Assembly: GCA_951406725.2 (NCBI GenBank) | Contig: OX597829.1 | Span: forward strand, 33,356,001-33,420,000 | Source of the DNA: Octopus vulgaris | Taxonomy: Eukaryota | DNA length: 64,000 nucleotides | Direction of reading: 5' to 3' | Part shown: positions 25,650 through 38,999 of the stretch, one piece after another | Layout of the letters: each line of letters begins with the position of its first letter | Position numbering within the stretch: position 1 is the stretch's first letter | Position numbers and translations under genes: made by a program | Notes under the pieces: generated by a model | What the model was told of the DNA's origin: nothing | The model's input: the letters and a program-made list of their open reading frames with translations, nothing else | The model's database searches: none

Positions 25650-26230
25650 ATGATACATACCTAAATGTATATGTTTGTGTGTTGTTTTATTATCATGTGC
25701 TGAGTCTTTTCTGTTAGTTGGATACTAGGGAATGTAGTTGAAGTTTTGTTGACGCTGATGTAGTTTGAATCTTGTGTGTTTTGTTGTTGTAAAAGCTATT
25801 ATGTAGCCCTGAAATTAGGTTCATGCCACATATAAGTAATTGAAGATGTTACTGATAACAGTGATTTCTTCAGGCCCTACATGCTTTATGTGTATATTTT
25901 ATTGGGCTCAGAGGCTTTTATGTTTTTCATGATTTCACAATTAATTTTTGGGTGCCTGATTGAAAGAAGTGGATGAAAACCATGGTCTACATGGAACACA
26001 GATAATTTGCATGTCAGAAGAGGGCCATTACTTGGTGTTTGGGGTGTAATTGTTATTTGCAGTATTTTTGTACCTGGATAAGTTGGCTACACTGAAGTCT
26101 CTTTAAATGATGGTGTTAGGGGGAGTGTTGTAATTAAGATATGCAATCTAAGAGAATGAGATATCAGTGGTGATATATACTATTTATTATATTAATGTGT
26201 TTCTTGAATTCATGCATTTCTGGTGTGTTG
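25650..26230 (-). mobile_element. Degenerate Penelope-like remnant
   Basis: Frame-broken similarity and strand skew like the other GIY-YIG remnants in the window. Confidence 0.35.
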
Positions 26231-26259
26231 TGTCCTGTTAGTTTTCTTGCAGTGTTGTA

Positions 26260-28120
26260 CATTATATATGGAAAAAAAAGATCTGGAAGCTTAAGGATCC
26301 TTTGAATAGTTAGAGGTTTAGGGACTTCCTAACTGAAGCATTTGATGAGAAGGAGGAGGAGTTACAAACTTGCAATATAGGTGATAACTGGAAGTTCCTA
26401 TGAGACAACTTACAGAGAGCCACAGATCAAATTTGTGGGTGGTGTAAACTCCCAACCAGACCTAGGGTGACATGATGGTGGAACAATGTAGTTGACAAAG
26501 CCCTTAGAGCAAAGAAACAGGCTTGGAAGGACTGGAAGGGTGGTGGTAGCAAGGAGCTATATCAGGCAGCTAGAAGGGAAGCTAGGAAGCAGGTATACTT
26601 AGCCAGGGGTGGAGCAGAAAGGAAGAAGTTTGCCAATGTTCTGCAGCATGAGGACCAGAAGTACTTCGGTTTGCAAGAGAGTGTGTCAGGGAAAATTGTA
26701 ATGTTGTGGGAGAGAAGTGTGTTTGCATGGATGATGGTTCATTTGCAGTTAGTGACTCTGCTAAGAATGAGACTTAGAAGTGTCACTATGAAAGGCTACT
26801 AAATGTAGAGAATACCTGTGAAGAGAGTCTGCCTAAAGTTTATCTAACAAAGGGACCAGCAATCTGAATAGACAGTAGTGTTGTAGACAAAACCATGAAG
26901 AATATGGAGATCGGGAAAGCTCCTGGCCCATCAGGAATAATCGCTGAGATGCTTGAAATATCTGAAGGTGTGGGTTATAGTTAATCAGGTGGTACACAAA
27001 GTCATACTGGTGTAACAATACCATAATCAACTGCTAACAAGGTAAAGGTGATGCCTTAGATAGAAATAATTACAGAGGTATCAAATAGTTGGATCAGATG
27101 ATGAAAGTTATAGAGAGGGTCATAGCCGAACTAATGAGGGGGAGAATTAGTCTAGATGAGATGCAGTTTGGTTTAGTATAAGGGAGAAGCACCACTGATG
27201 CTATATTTTTGGTAAGGCAGCTGCAGGAGAAATTCGTAACCAAAGATAAACCTCTGTACTTAGCTTTTGTTGATATGGAGAAAGCCTTTGATACAGTGCC
27301 CCAATCCCTTATCAGATGGTCAATGTGGAAACTAGGGATAGACGTTTGGTTGGTGAGAGCTGTACAAGTCATGTACAGGGATACTGTCAGTAAGACAAGG
27401 GTTGGCAATGAGTATAGTCATAATTCAGGGTACAAATAGGGGTTCACCAAAGATCAGTCCTCAGCCCCCTCCTGTTCTCCAGGCAATAACAGAGGAATCT
27501 AAGACGGGCTGCCCTTGGGAGCTCCTCTATGCTGATAACCTTGTTTTTATAGCTGAATCACTACCAGAACTAGAGAAGAAATTTCAGGTGTGGAAGCAAG
27601 GTCTAAAATTGAAGGGCTTTAAAATTAACCTAGCAAAAATCAAAGTCTTAGTAAGTAGGAAAGTGGACAAATCACAAATGCCTTCAGGTTGATGACCTGC
27701 TTGATCTGTAGGTAGAAGTTCCATAAGATAAAAGCAATGTGGCTGATACCAGTGTTGTGTAACTAGCACCTGTGCCAGTGACATGTAAAAAGCACTGTTC
27801 AAGTGTTGAGCCTCATGGAGACAATGACAAATGACTGAGATCTTTGACAATATGCTATGTTTGATTAGAAGACCCATCAAGTCAAGTGAAATTGTAGTCA
27901 TGGCAGATATTGGTGTCATGCAACTGACACTCATGCCAGTGGCACATAAAAACACCCATTACACTGTTGGAGTGGTTGGTATTAGGAAGGGCATCCAGCC
28001 ATAGAAATCATGCCAAATCAAACTAGAGCCTGGGCCAGCCCCTCAGCTTACTAGCTCTGGTCAAATTGTCTAACCCATGCCAGCATGGACAACGGACATT
28101 AAATGATGATGATGATGATG
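26260..28120 (+). mobile_element. RTE-clade LINE fragment (related piece at about 58780-58965)
   Basis: NYRGIK, MQFG...RSTTDAIFLVRQLQEKF...AFVDMEKAFD, ELLYADNL motifs and an (ATG)n tail. Confidence 0.88.
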
Positions 28121-28568
28121 ATGTATTTACAAGGTTTGCTGTTGTGCATGAAGTGCTGGAATTTTTAATTTGTATTCAGTGCAACAATGTGGTGTTAATG
28201 AAGGAAGATGCTACTTTCTGTTGTATTGTCAGTCTTACTGACTGTGAAATGTAGTGCATTTCTGTGGAGCTTTGGTAAATGTTTTTAAGCATGTCGTTAA
28301 AGAACAACCATTAATTCTACTATTATGATCACTGCAAAAGGCCTTGATCACTGTAACAACCCATATCAACATTACAAACGAACAAGTTATTATGTACCAT
28401 TCTAATAGTTCAAAACATGTAATCTTTAGACAGCTACAATAAGCATTTTTACAACCATTTCAATAGCACAACTCAAGAAAGCAATGAATATTTACAACCT
28501 CTATTTCAACAACCACCACCTCTGTTACCTTCTTAAGGATTTGGATCATATAATAAAGAAGCACTTAC

Positions 28569-28736
28569 TTTGCTGTTGCTGTTTATCCTGGTGATTAGTG
28601 ATTCAAGTATGATGATTTCATCATACTTCTCACAAAGGATAAACCTCAAGAAAGCCTTGATCAAAGTTGGTTCAGTAATCCGTCGTATGAAGAGGTCGAG
28701 GTAAGCTGTTGCTGTGATGACCTCCTCTCGAGAATT
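28569..28736 (-). CDS. FHIP1: FHIP1-like coding exon 4
   Basis: CTTTACAG|AAT...AAA|GTAAGT, 168 nt. Encodes NSREEVITATAYLDLFIRRITEPTLIKAFLRFIL...RINSNSK. Confidence 0.95.
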
Positions 28737-30537
28737 CTGTAAAGAGATGAAAGTATGATAAAGGATGTATATGATGACAATGGAAACAAGGATTTTTGTG
28801 ACGGGATGAGGTAAGGTGTTATTATAATGACTGCTTGGAAATTCTGTAATAAGATGGCTGTATTATGAAGGATATGTATACTTATATGAAATGTGAGAAC
28901 ATTTAACAGTGAACACACACACACACACACACACACACACATTCTTAAAATAACAAGAGATGTGAAAAAAACAAAGAAGGATAGAATTTTAAAAAATTTG
29001 GTAGGAAGACCAAATTTGGGAAATTATCAAATGAAGTTGGTCAAATTCAATGGTTTAAAGATTTAAAAAAGAGGAGGTGGATGGACAGAAAAATGGAAAG
29101 GGTGGGTCTGAACTGGGAAAGTAATAAAAATAGATATCAATAAACATTTGTGCATTGATGCAAATTGACTCATTTATCAATACACATCAACTATTGGCAC
29201 CCTCAAAATATGTTGTTTCCTGTCTCTGCTTATTCTAATTCTACATCAACAGTCCCTTACTCGCCCAAGATTCTGCTATACAAACTAGAGCACTCACTGT
29301 TTTTGAACTTGGTACTAAAATTCATTTAAGGAGATACTGGAAATTCAAAATCAATATTTAACCTGACATAGAAAACCATAATTTAGGCAAAATTGGTTCA
29401 ATTTGTCATCAAAAGGTTTACTCTACTTTAGACAACTTTCAGACCTGTATTTAAAAGAATCCCAAAATACCTCAGTCTTCATCAGTTGCTGATCTTCTAG
29501 GAAGCTTGAAAGCTCAAATAGGCCTATGTTGGAACATTGGTCACATGTATATATGACAGAGCTGTTATCCAAACATACATCCTACATTGCATCCAAAAGA
29601 ATTTTCTTCTTCATTGATTGTAAGGCTTTGTAGTGAATTTGAAGTTCTAGTTTCATGTTTAGAGAAGATGGGGTAGAAAACTGCTCTCTTGATATGAGCA
29701 GTATTGCAATAGATTAGGCAGAGAGAGGAAATTGTGCATCTGTGGGTTGTTGCTATCTAGAAATAGGTCAGACCTATGATCAAAGATGTTCTAGCTGTGA
29801 TCAATCTTTTATTTAGACATAGTTTATCTCGGATTACATTGTCTAATGAAAAACATAGTAGTAAGTATTAGTGGCTATAACTGTTGTTGTTTAGCTCCAT
29901 ATTAGTTATGATCTGCAAATCTATAATCAGAGGTATTCCACTCATGATTCTGTCAATTTTTGAAATATAGTGAACCTAGAACTACATGTAATCAACTCTC
30001 ATATAGCTATTGTTTTTGTTTAGCTCCAGCTTAATTTTGAGTCAGCAGATCAACGATCAAAGCATTCCAACTATGATTATTCCAGCTAGGACTATATTAT
30101 CTCATATAGTCCTTCCTTGTTGATGTTATTTTTGATTAGTCAAGTCAGTGTCAGTTTGAGCATGCAGATCTACCATCAAAAGAATTCCAGTTATGAGTGG
30201 GCTGTACATCTTTTACAATCAGGCATAGAGAATCATGGACTACATTATCTGAGGTGTTTCTCTGTTAAGACATTGGACTAACTTGAAAGAGATTTCTGAT
30301 AGACTAAGAAGCCCCAGATAGAGGTTGCTTTGTCAGCTTATAGGTTTGTGGACAATGAAACAGGTTTTAATGTAAAGAAACATGAACAAGTGATGGGTAG
30401 ATAGAAGACTAGTTAGTTGAGCAACTAACAATCTCCAAAACACAATACTGACCATATAAACTGGGGAATCAAGTACTATAATTGGTAAATAATATAATTC
30501 CTGTCATTTCAGAAAAGAAATACAATTAATATATAAA

Positions 30538-30579
<42 letters not shown>

Positions 30580-31399
30580 ATAAACATATATAGAATACAT
30601 GAATGCAAAGATGTAATGTAAATACGCAATATTTATAATAAAAACAACAACAACAATAATAATTGTTTCCAATTTAAGCACAAGGCCAGTTTAGGGGATT
30701 ACACTGACCTCAGTAATTGGCTGGTATTTAATTTTTTGGTAAGGCAGCTGCAGGAGAAATTCGTAGCCAAAGATAAACCTCTGTACTTAGCTTTTGTTGA
30801 TATGGAGAAAGCCTTTGGTACAGTGCCCTGATCCCTTATCAGATGAACGAAAGGCAGAGATTACCTTAGCAGTATTTTAATAATTTCTAATTTAAGGTAC
30901 AAGGCCAGCCATTTTTGAGGAGTAGGAGTGATTTGATTAAATTGATTCTGGTACATGTGCTTTATTTTATTGGCCTTGGAGGAATGGTAGGCAAAGTTAA
31001 TCTTGGCAGGATTTGAACACAGAATTTAAAGAATGATGATGATGATGATGATGATAAGGATAATAACAACAGAGATGATGTGGTTAACATTAGTAATAAT
31101 AATGATAATAATATTAATCCATTCTAACTTTGGAACAAAGCCAGCAATTCTGAAGGAAGGGAAAGCTGATAATATCAACCCCAGTGCTCAACTAGTACTT
31201 ATTTTATTGATTCTGAAATGATGGAGGACAAACTCAATCTTAGTGGAATTTGAACTCAGAACATAAAGCCAGAAAAAATGCAGCTAAGCATTTTCCTGAT
31301 GCACTAATGAGTCTACCAGTTCACTTTATTATTATTTTTATAATTGATATGCTATAATCATCCAAAATATTAAGAACAACATAGCTGTTATCAACTTCA

Positions 31400-31950
31400 G
31401 GTGTCTAAGTTGTACCCAGTGGATAACATTTACAGTAGCATTAATGAAGGAATAATATCAGATTGGATGACTATAGGGAAGAAAATACTCATTAAGAGCA
31501 AGGGTAGTACAGCTAGTAACTATAGACCAATCACTTGCTTACCATTAATGTGGAAGCTGTTAACAAGAATGCTTTCAGGAAGCATTTATGAGTACCTTGA
31601 CAATCAATTTACTACCAGAAGAACAGAAAGGTTGCAGGAAGAAGGCTACAGGAACGTATGATCTATTATATATAGACAAAGCAGTTCTAAATGAAGTAAA
31701 AGCTAGAAATAAAAATCTAACAATAGCATGGATAGATTATAGGAAAGTTTATGACATGATCCCACACTCATGGATAAGTGAATGTTTAAGTATGTTCAGT
31801 ATAGCAGACAACATAAGAGAATTAATTAGCTTTGCATGAAGAAATGGAAAGTAGATTCCTATTCAGGTGACACACTCTTAAGGTAAGTTAATATCAAAAG
31901 AGGAATTTTCCAGGGGAACTCATTGTCCCCTTTAATATTTGTTCTTTATT
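31400..31950 (+). mobile_element. R4/Dong-like LINE RT fragment
   Basis: NYRPITCLPLMWKLLT, LLPEEQKGCRK, AWIDYRKVYDMIPHSWI. Confidence 0.85.
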
Positions 31951-32198
31951 TCTAAAGTAAAAATTATAACATCTTCATTTATTATGCTACTGATGAATGT
32001 AGGAAAATGTAAATCACTAGAAAATGAAATTTCCATAACTAATAGGCACCACAGTTGGAAAAAGTACATATAATGCTTGCAGATATCTTAGTAATACCAG
32101 GACTGGCAATTAGCTCAGTATTTGTAACATTCATTGTTGATTCATCAGTGGTTTACTAAAGGTTCAAAAATTTGAATCCAGTCTAGTAATATGTATAC

Positions 32199-32332
32199 AA
32201 CCAAAAATACAATATATGGAAATTATTGGAGATGAAATGAATCAAGACATAGTGTTGATATAAATAACCAAAAATACAATATATGGAAATTATTGGAGAT
32301 GAAATGAATCAAGACATAGTGTAGATATAAAT
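32199..32332. repeat. 67-bp direct tandem duplication
   Basis: AACCAAAAATACAATATATGG...GATATAAAT twice, one mismatch. Confidence 0.95.
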
Positions 32333-34000
32333 ACTGAAGAATTTGTTCATCTCTAAAGATGAGGTTAATAGTCTGAAAAATACTAATTCATAAAAACTCA
32401 TAACAGACATTTTATAATATAATGGTTTCAAGCCATAGGAACAAGGTCACACACTTATGTGTGACCACAAGTAACTGAATGGTACTTCATTTTTCTAAAC
32501 ATGGAATATTGAAAGTAAAAATGACTTGGATATCTAGCTATAGAAAATCTAACCCCAAAAATTCCATCTGATCTATGCAAGCATTGGGCAATGGTGATAA
32601 CGAATTGTAACAAAATCTAAAAATTCAAGAGAAGGTTAAACGATGATGATGATAATGATGATGATCAAGTTAATTACATTGACCCCACTATTTGGCTGGT
32701 GCTTTATTTTATTCACCTTTCACTGGAGGGACGAAATGTGAAGATAATGTCAACAGGATTTGAACTCAAGATGTAAAATGTCAGAAAGAATACTGCAAGG
32801 CTTTTATTGATGCTCTAATGATTTTGCCAACCCACCACTACAGTGGCAATGATAATGACAGCAACAGTAGTGGTAGTGATCATCATTTCAGATGTCAGAT
32901 GTTAAAGCTTTGTGCTCGACTCAAAACTCAATCATTGTGACAAATGGTGGAAAGACATGTCTCACAAAAAGCAACCACACCATTCAATTATTGTTGTTAT
33001 ACAGAAATCTTTTTAAATGTGTGCGCTAGTGATTAACCAGTTGTGGCATTCTGAAAAACTTCAGGAGTGTGTGCTGGTTGCAAATGACCGTCTAATCATT
33101 GGGACCTGTCTCTTCCACAAGACATGAAAGAGTATGTGTTCTAGACTATTTAAATGTTTCATGAGAGAAAGTATGGTGGTCATGCAATAACATACCACAG
33201 AAGTAGTGTAGATTTAGCCATCTCCACCTGATTTTTCTGTGACAGTTTTCTGTCAGTCATTTTCTGAGTGAAACTGGTTACCCTGATTATGACCTCTTCT
33301 TAATTTTCATCCGCCTAGAGATCTGTCCAGACCTGCAGGTAGAGAAAATACCTTAACCAGGCTTGCAATCCAGCTGCAGAAGCTACTCTCTGTATGGACA
33401 TATCTCTCAAGGTACCAAGTGACAAGCCCACTGACTTCTGGTTAATGTGTGCTTCTGTTTTTTTTTATCACCTACTACTCTTCCAATAGAGTACTGATGT
33501 GTCTAACACTATCATAAATTTCATCTAGTATGAAAATTTGGCTCTTCTGTGTTCCAGTTTGAGTGAAATAGATTGCAATTCTTTCAAATTTTGCAACAGT
33601 GGCTTGTGGACCGTGAGCATAATGCAAAATGTTGATGGCAGTTTGACCACTTATGGTCAAACAGCTATGGTTAAACTGATGCTGCTGTATCTTGTCTCTG
33701 AAAGCATGACTGAAAACAGCTGCATTTAAGATAGCTGCTAAGTATGAATGGTCGCATGGGTCCATTGAGAGACTATCATTTCCTTCTGTCTAAATGCATG
33801 TGCTTTAGCTTGGTCAATGCATCAAAGAAATGGTCAAAATTCATTCTCTTGCTTGCACTTTGTATGTGATGTCTTGCCTAATATTTTTAGTCTACTTAGG
33901 AATTCCTTCATCAGTCTCTCTTTATGAAATAAATCCAATGCAAGTGTTTCAGCTTGATGTTGCTAAATGATTTAAAAAGCTTTAACAAAAACATACATAC

Positions 34001-34087
34001 CTGGTGCAAAGCTGCTCCAAGAACAGGAACAAGAAAGCCATTATAAATATATTTGACAAGCTGATCACGTACCAGTGGGTGGGCAAT
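34001..34087 (-). CDS. FHIP1: FHIP1-like coding exon 3
   Basis: TTCTAG|ATT...CAG|GTATGT, 87 nt. Encodes IAHPLVRDQLVKYIYNGFLVPVLGAALHQ. Confidence 0.95.
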
Positions 34088-34283
34088 CTAGAAGCATAGA
34101 AAATGAGAAAATCACTCACAGAATATGGGTACATGTATGTCACTGTGTGTAAAAGTGTGTTTCAATAGAGTAACATAATTATATATTTCTTTTCTTGTGG
34201 CAGTCTTGAGGTTTGAACTCTCTTTTAAGAAAGCACAATTGAAATGTTTGGTAGCATGTTTCAATCACACACACACACACACT

Positions 34284-34341
<58 letters not shown>

Positions 34342-34398
34342 TATAGTTTGTAGAGAACATAAATCTGGAGAAGAAACACACTCTAAGATGTAGAGCAG

Positions 34399-34620
34399 TA
34401 TATATTAAAAGTGGGGAAGGCCAATTTATGGGATTATCCTGGGTTTTCCATCCATAAAGGGTTTAGCTTTATGGCATATCATCAGACCCCAAAACCTGTT
34501 AGCCTGAGTTCTTAGGCCAACAGGTTTTGGGGTTTGTTGATATGCCATAAAGCTAAACCCTTTATGGACAGGAAACCCAGGGTAATCCCATAAACCAGCC
34601 TTCCTCACTTTTAATATATA
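34399..34620. repeat. Fully palindromic MITE-like element (about 220 bp)
   Basis: TATATTAAAAGTGGGGAAGG...CAAAACCTGTT versus AACAGGTTTTG...CCTTCCTCACTTTTAATATA, with a tiny loop near 34510. Confidence 0.9.
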
Positions 34621-35199
34621 TACCCCACGCATTTTATACATATAGGTCCTGATATACCTGAAATGGAAAAAATTGGTGTATTCCTAATGCAGCATTCAAC
34701 ACTAATCCCTGGTTAACTACACACTTATACAGGAGTCTTCAAAAGATTTTTTAGTTCACTGGAGCAGGAACTCCAGGTACCTCACAGTTAAGACCAGTGC
34801 TTAAGTATTTTGAAAAATAATACATAATATAAGTGAGAAGACAAAGAATGAATATAACATAACTTTATTATTTGTTACAATTGTTTCTGTACCAATCTGT
34901 TTCTAACCACATTGCATGTAAATTATTTTGTGTGGAAATTTATGCTATATGTGTGTGTGTGGTTGAACATATTGCAGTGGCATTTCATCAGACTAACATT
35001 AAGTTTGCGTTTTATATTGTGTAAAGAATATGTAATTGGCATTGCTTGTATAAGAAGGAAACAACAATGAAAACAAATCCATAAAAAAAAATGAAAAAGT
35101 ACAAAAATATCAACAATAATAATACTAATATTCTTTTCTTCTTATTATTACTACAGCTGCTTTCATCACTGTTATCCTCCTCATCATCATCGAAATTAA

Positions 35200-35585
35200 A
35201 TTTTACTTCTCAGAGCTCTTGATTTTACTTGCCCGGGTTTATCCAGAGCGTGGATAGCAACCTGTGAGATGTCAAAGGTCTCACAGGGTCTCTATCCGCA
35301 AATTATAAGACATGGGCTGTAGATTTCGAGTATCGTGGAAGATACCTAACAACCAAGCATCAATCTCAAAATCCTCACTGTTCCTGATAGAACAGTTTTT
35401 GGGCATGTTCTGCCCCCATGTGAAGTCCAATTTCTCTAACATATTTCCCAAACTTGGTTGTTAGTGCTCTAAGTGTCCCTACAGTTACTAGGATGACAGT
35501 TACTCACTTCATTGCCCACATCCGTGTAATTTAATCTTTTAGTAACCTGTATTTCCCCCACCTTTTCCAGCTCTTTGTCACCTAG
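35200..35585 (-). mobile_element. R4/Dong-like LINE 3' end
   Basis: Frame-broken RLE C-terminus (VTVGTL.ALT...AQKTVLSGTVRILR) with an (ATG)n-like tail. Confidence 0.6.
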
Positions 35586-35942
35586 TATGGCAATAATTAC
35601 TATCATCATCATCATCATCATCATCATCATTAGTGTTTGTTTATTAATGGTTTTACTAGTATTAGTTATACATTTTTTATTGTTTTTATTATTATCAATG
35701 TCATATGTATTTTCTTCTTTCTTTACTGCATTTGTTTCCTGTTTTTGTTATTGCTATGATTTTTCTTGTATTATTCTTGTTCTTATTATATTCTTATTCT
35801 TTCTTTATTTAAAATAAATCTAAATAAATAAACTAAAAATGGCCACCACTAACTCACCAACAACCTATAAACAAATTAATAACATTCCTCCAACTACAAT
35901 TGCTAGAAATACAAACACCACACCATACCACAGCCATTGAAA

Positions 35943-36008
<66 letters not shown>

Positions 36009-37884
36009 TGTGTGTGTGTGTGTGTGTGTGCATGTAGATATAATTCCAATCAAATGACTATGATAATCCACAAAGAAAGAAGATCAAAAGTTGAAATATC
36101 CTGGCTGTATTGAAAGGAAATGGTAAATTAAATACATAAAATGGAAGTTACCTATTGTGATCAATTTGAGATGAAGCTTTTTCGATAACAATAATTAGCT
36201 GATAATATTAAGCAGTGAACATAAAAATATCTGGCCTTTGACTCAAGTAGGCAGATAATTTTTAATTAATTTTAAATAAGGAGTTTGAGACACACTAATT
36301 TGATAATAAATGTTGGATAACATTATCTGTTATCTGTGTTCATAATGAATGGTTTTTCTTGCTCTCTTTCTCTTTATATATATGTATATATGTATACATA
36401 CATACATACACACACATGTATGTATATATACATATATGTACACACACACATGTATATATGAATATATATATATGCATGCATACACACACATATATATATA
36501 TCAATATTATCGTCATTTAACATCCACTTTTCATTTTGGCATGGGTCGGACAGTTTGACTGAGGACCGGCAAACCAGGAAGCTGCACCAAGCTCTAATTT
36601 GATCTAGCAATGTTTCTACAGCTGGATGCCTTTCCTAATGCCAACCACTCCAAGAGTGTAGTGGGTGCTTTTTATGTGCCGCCATTATGGGAGCCAGTCA
36701 GGTGGCACCGGCAATGACCACATTCAAATGGTGCTTTTTACGTGCCACCAACACTGGCATCCACCACGCTGGCGCAAATTTTTTAGCTTGATGTAACAGA
36801 ATTCCTAAACACCTGCTCCTTTAAATTTTAATCCCCTTCCAGCCCCATTTAGACCCCTTTTCACATTTTGGTTAATATAACCTGATTTCATTCGGGTGTA
36901 CTGGGGCCACATTTTATAAGATGAGGAATTTTGTCCTAGAGGTCACGTGTTTCATTTGAGGAAAAAAAATAGTTGTCATGCAAACTTGCCAGCACTTTTA
37001 ACATAGGTCTGCATATTTTCAGCTGAACCGACCGACCACATAATGCACACATTATATATATATATATGTATATATGTGTGTGTGTGTGTGTGTTGGAGTG
37101 TCTCTCATACGTGAGCGTTGACGCTGAATTCGACTGGTTAGCAGGTAACCTTGTCTTTGTTGAAATAGTTGTGAGCTGCTGGAGTTATTTCTCTGACGGG
37201 TAATAGGAATTTCCATATCCTCCGAGGAAACGAACTGTTGACCCAGATAATTAGAATTAATCTTAATAAAAGCATCAATTTAAGAGAAAATAATAAAGTA
37301 GTAAAAAATGAAAATTTAGCACGAAAAATTTGCAGGGTTCTAAATAAATGTTAAAATGTAATAGATATGAAAAACCTATGTTATCACCAGAACACGAATG
37401 CACGTTGGTGTGTTCTGTTTGTATTTGCTTGATCGGCGCGTTGACAGGCAGACAATAGAATGCGATGGCGAGATACATAATATTTGTTGTCATGATTGTG
37501 TGTTGGTCGTGGCGATGGTAATTCTCTCTATGAATGCAGACAGATACATAAAAGAAGGCCGTTTGAGGAAGTGAAAGTAATGAGAATGTATGAAATAGAG
37601 TGAGTGAAAAAGTGCTGGGAAGAGAGGAAATAGCGAGAGTGAGTTGAGGAAGACAGATACATTAAAGAACGAGAGTGGACTTGTCAAAGTGGGTTTTTGG
37701 CCCTAGCAACGACACCTTTTAAGATAGGGATTTCTAAGGTAGCCCACGTGCATCGTCACCTCATTTTACATGTCCCTGTAAATTTTGGAGTCAATCGGAC
37801 GGGATGTAGTGGCCTTGAAAGCGATCCAAGCGGTAAAGTAAAAACTCGTTTCAGTTTTATATATAGAGATATATATATCTATAT

Positions 37885-38890
37885 ACTAGCATTAAAGACC
37901 CGTTGTTGCCGTGTCATAGTGCTAGTGCATGTATATATGTGTATATATATGTGTACATATTACATGTACATCTATATATATACATCTACACATAAAATAC
38001 AAAATACAAAGTTATATCTTGATATCGCTAGTGATAACAATACTCAAAATATATAACAGACTGGAATTGTTAGCCCGTCTCTTGTAATTTCGAACCATTG
38101 TATCTTGTCCTCCCTCTTGTATAGAAGTGTGGCTACAATTCAGCCTATCTCTAGGGGGCATTTTTTTTCCGGGACGTCCTACATCCCAGATATAGAGGTA
38201 AAAATAAAATATTTCCACTTTGCAAGTTTGAGTCAAGTACTCCCTTGCACGCTCCGTTGACTCGAACCTTGCTTCTATTGTGGCGAATTTACCGCCTCTG
38301 ATTAGATACCTTTCATAGTCACACCAAGACACTTTTTGAAGGTGCTTTCCTCCATCTGTTCAAATCTTCTTTTTTCTCTACATTGTATACTTTATAGACA
38401 ATAGTCTTTTCTTTAATTTAATTTTTTATTATCCATCTGGACTATTCCATTTCTGCACGCTAATCTTATTTTTAATTTATTCCCATTCATGTGAAACCAC
38501 TTATTCAAGTTCAAATCATTGATGCAATTTTATACCAATTGCTATTTTTACTTTTGTCATGTTACTTTAGTTTGATTTTAATTATTACTTACTACATATA
38601 ATTCAATTGTTATTATTATTTTTATTGTTAAAGTGAAAGTATCTGACATAAAATAGAGAAACGTTTTTGTTTCACTTTTAACACGTAATACTGAAATAGT
38701 GGAGAATATATGATATTGCTATGGGCTCGCTCTAGGCAAGAAGCTGAACATTTTTTTGCCCATGAAACTACATGGACCCTAAGTAAGGCATGTGTAAAAT
38801 TTGAATGAAATTGGTTGTGTAGTTCTCAAGTTTTAGGGAAACACACAGACAGACAGACACATATTCTCAGTTTTATATATATAAAGATAT
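37885..38890 (+). mobile_element. Possible Helitron/Helentron-associated non-autonomous element, with a Tx1-ORF1-like piece inside
   Basis: 5' ACTAGCATTAAAGACCCG and 3' (CAGA)n...TTTTATATATATAAAGAT. A similar 3' end lies at 37740-37870. Confidence 0.35.
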
Positions 38891-38999
38891 ATATATATAT
38901 ATGCATATCTGTACACGCACACACACAGACATTTAGACAAGCCTACCTTCCCTTTTAGATTTATGCACGTCCACTTCTCTATCCATCTTTCATGCTTGC

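Noticed and set aside
28737-28843. Upstream alternative acceptor (TTACAG at 28844) for exon 4
   Set aside because: It adds 107 nt, shifting the frame and losing the conserved TAYLDLF block.
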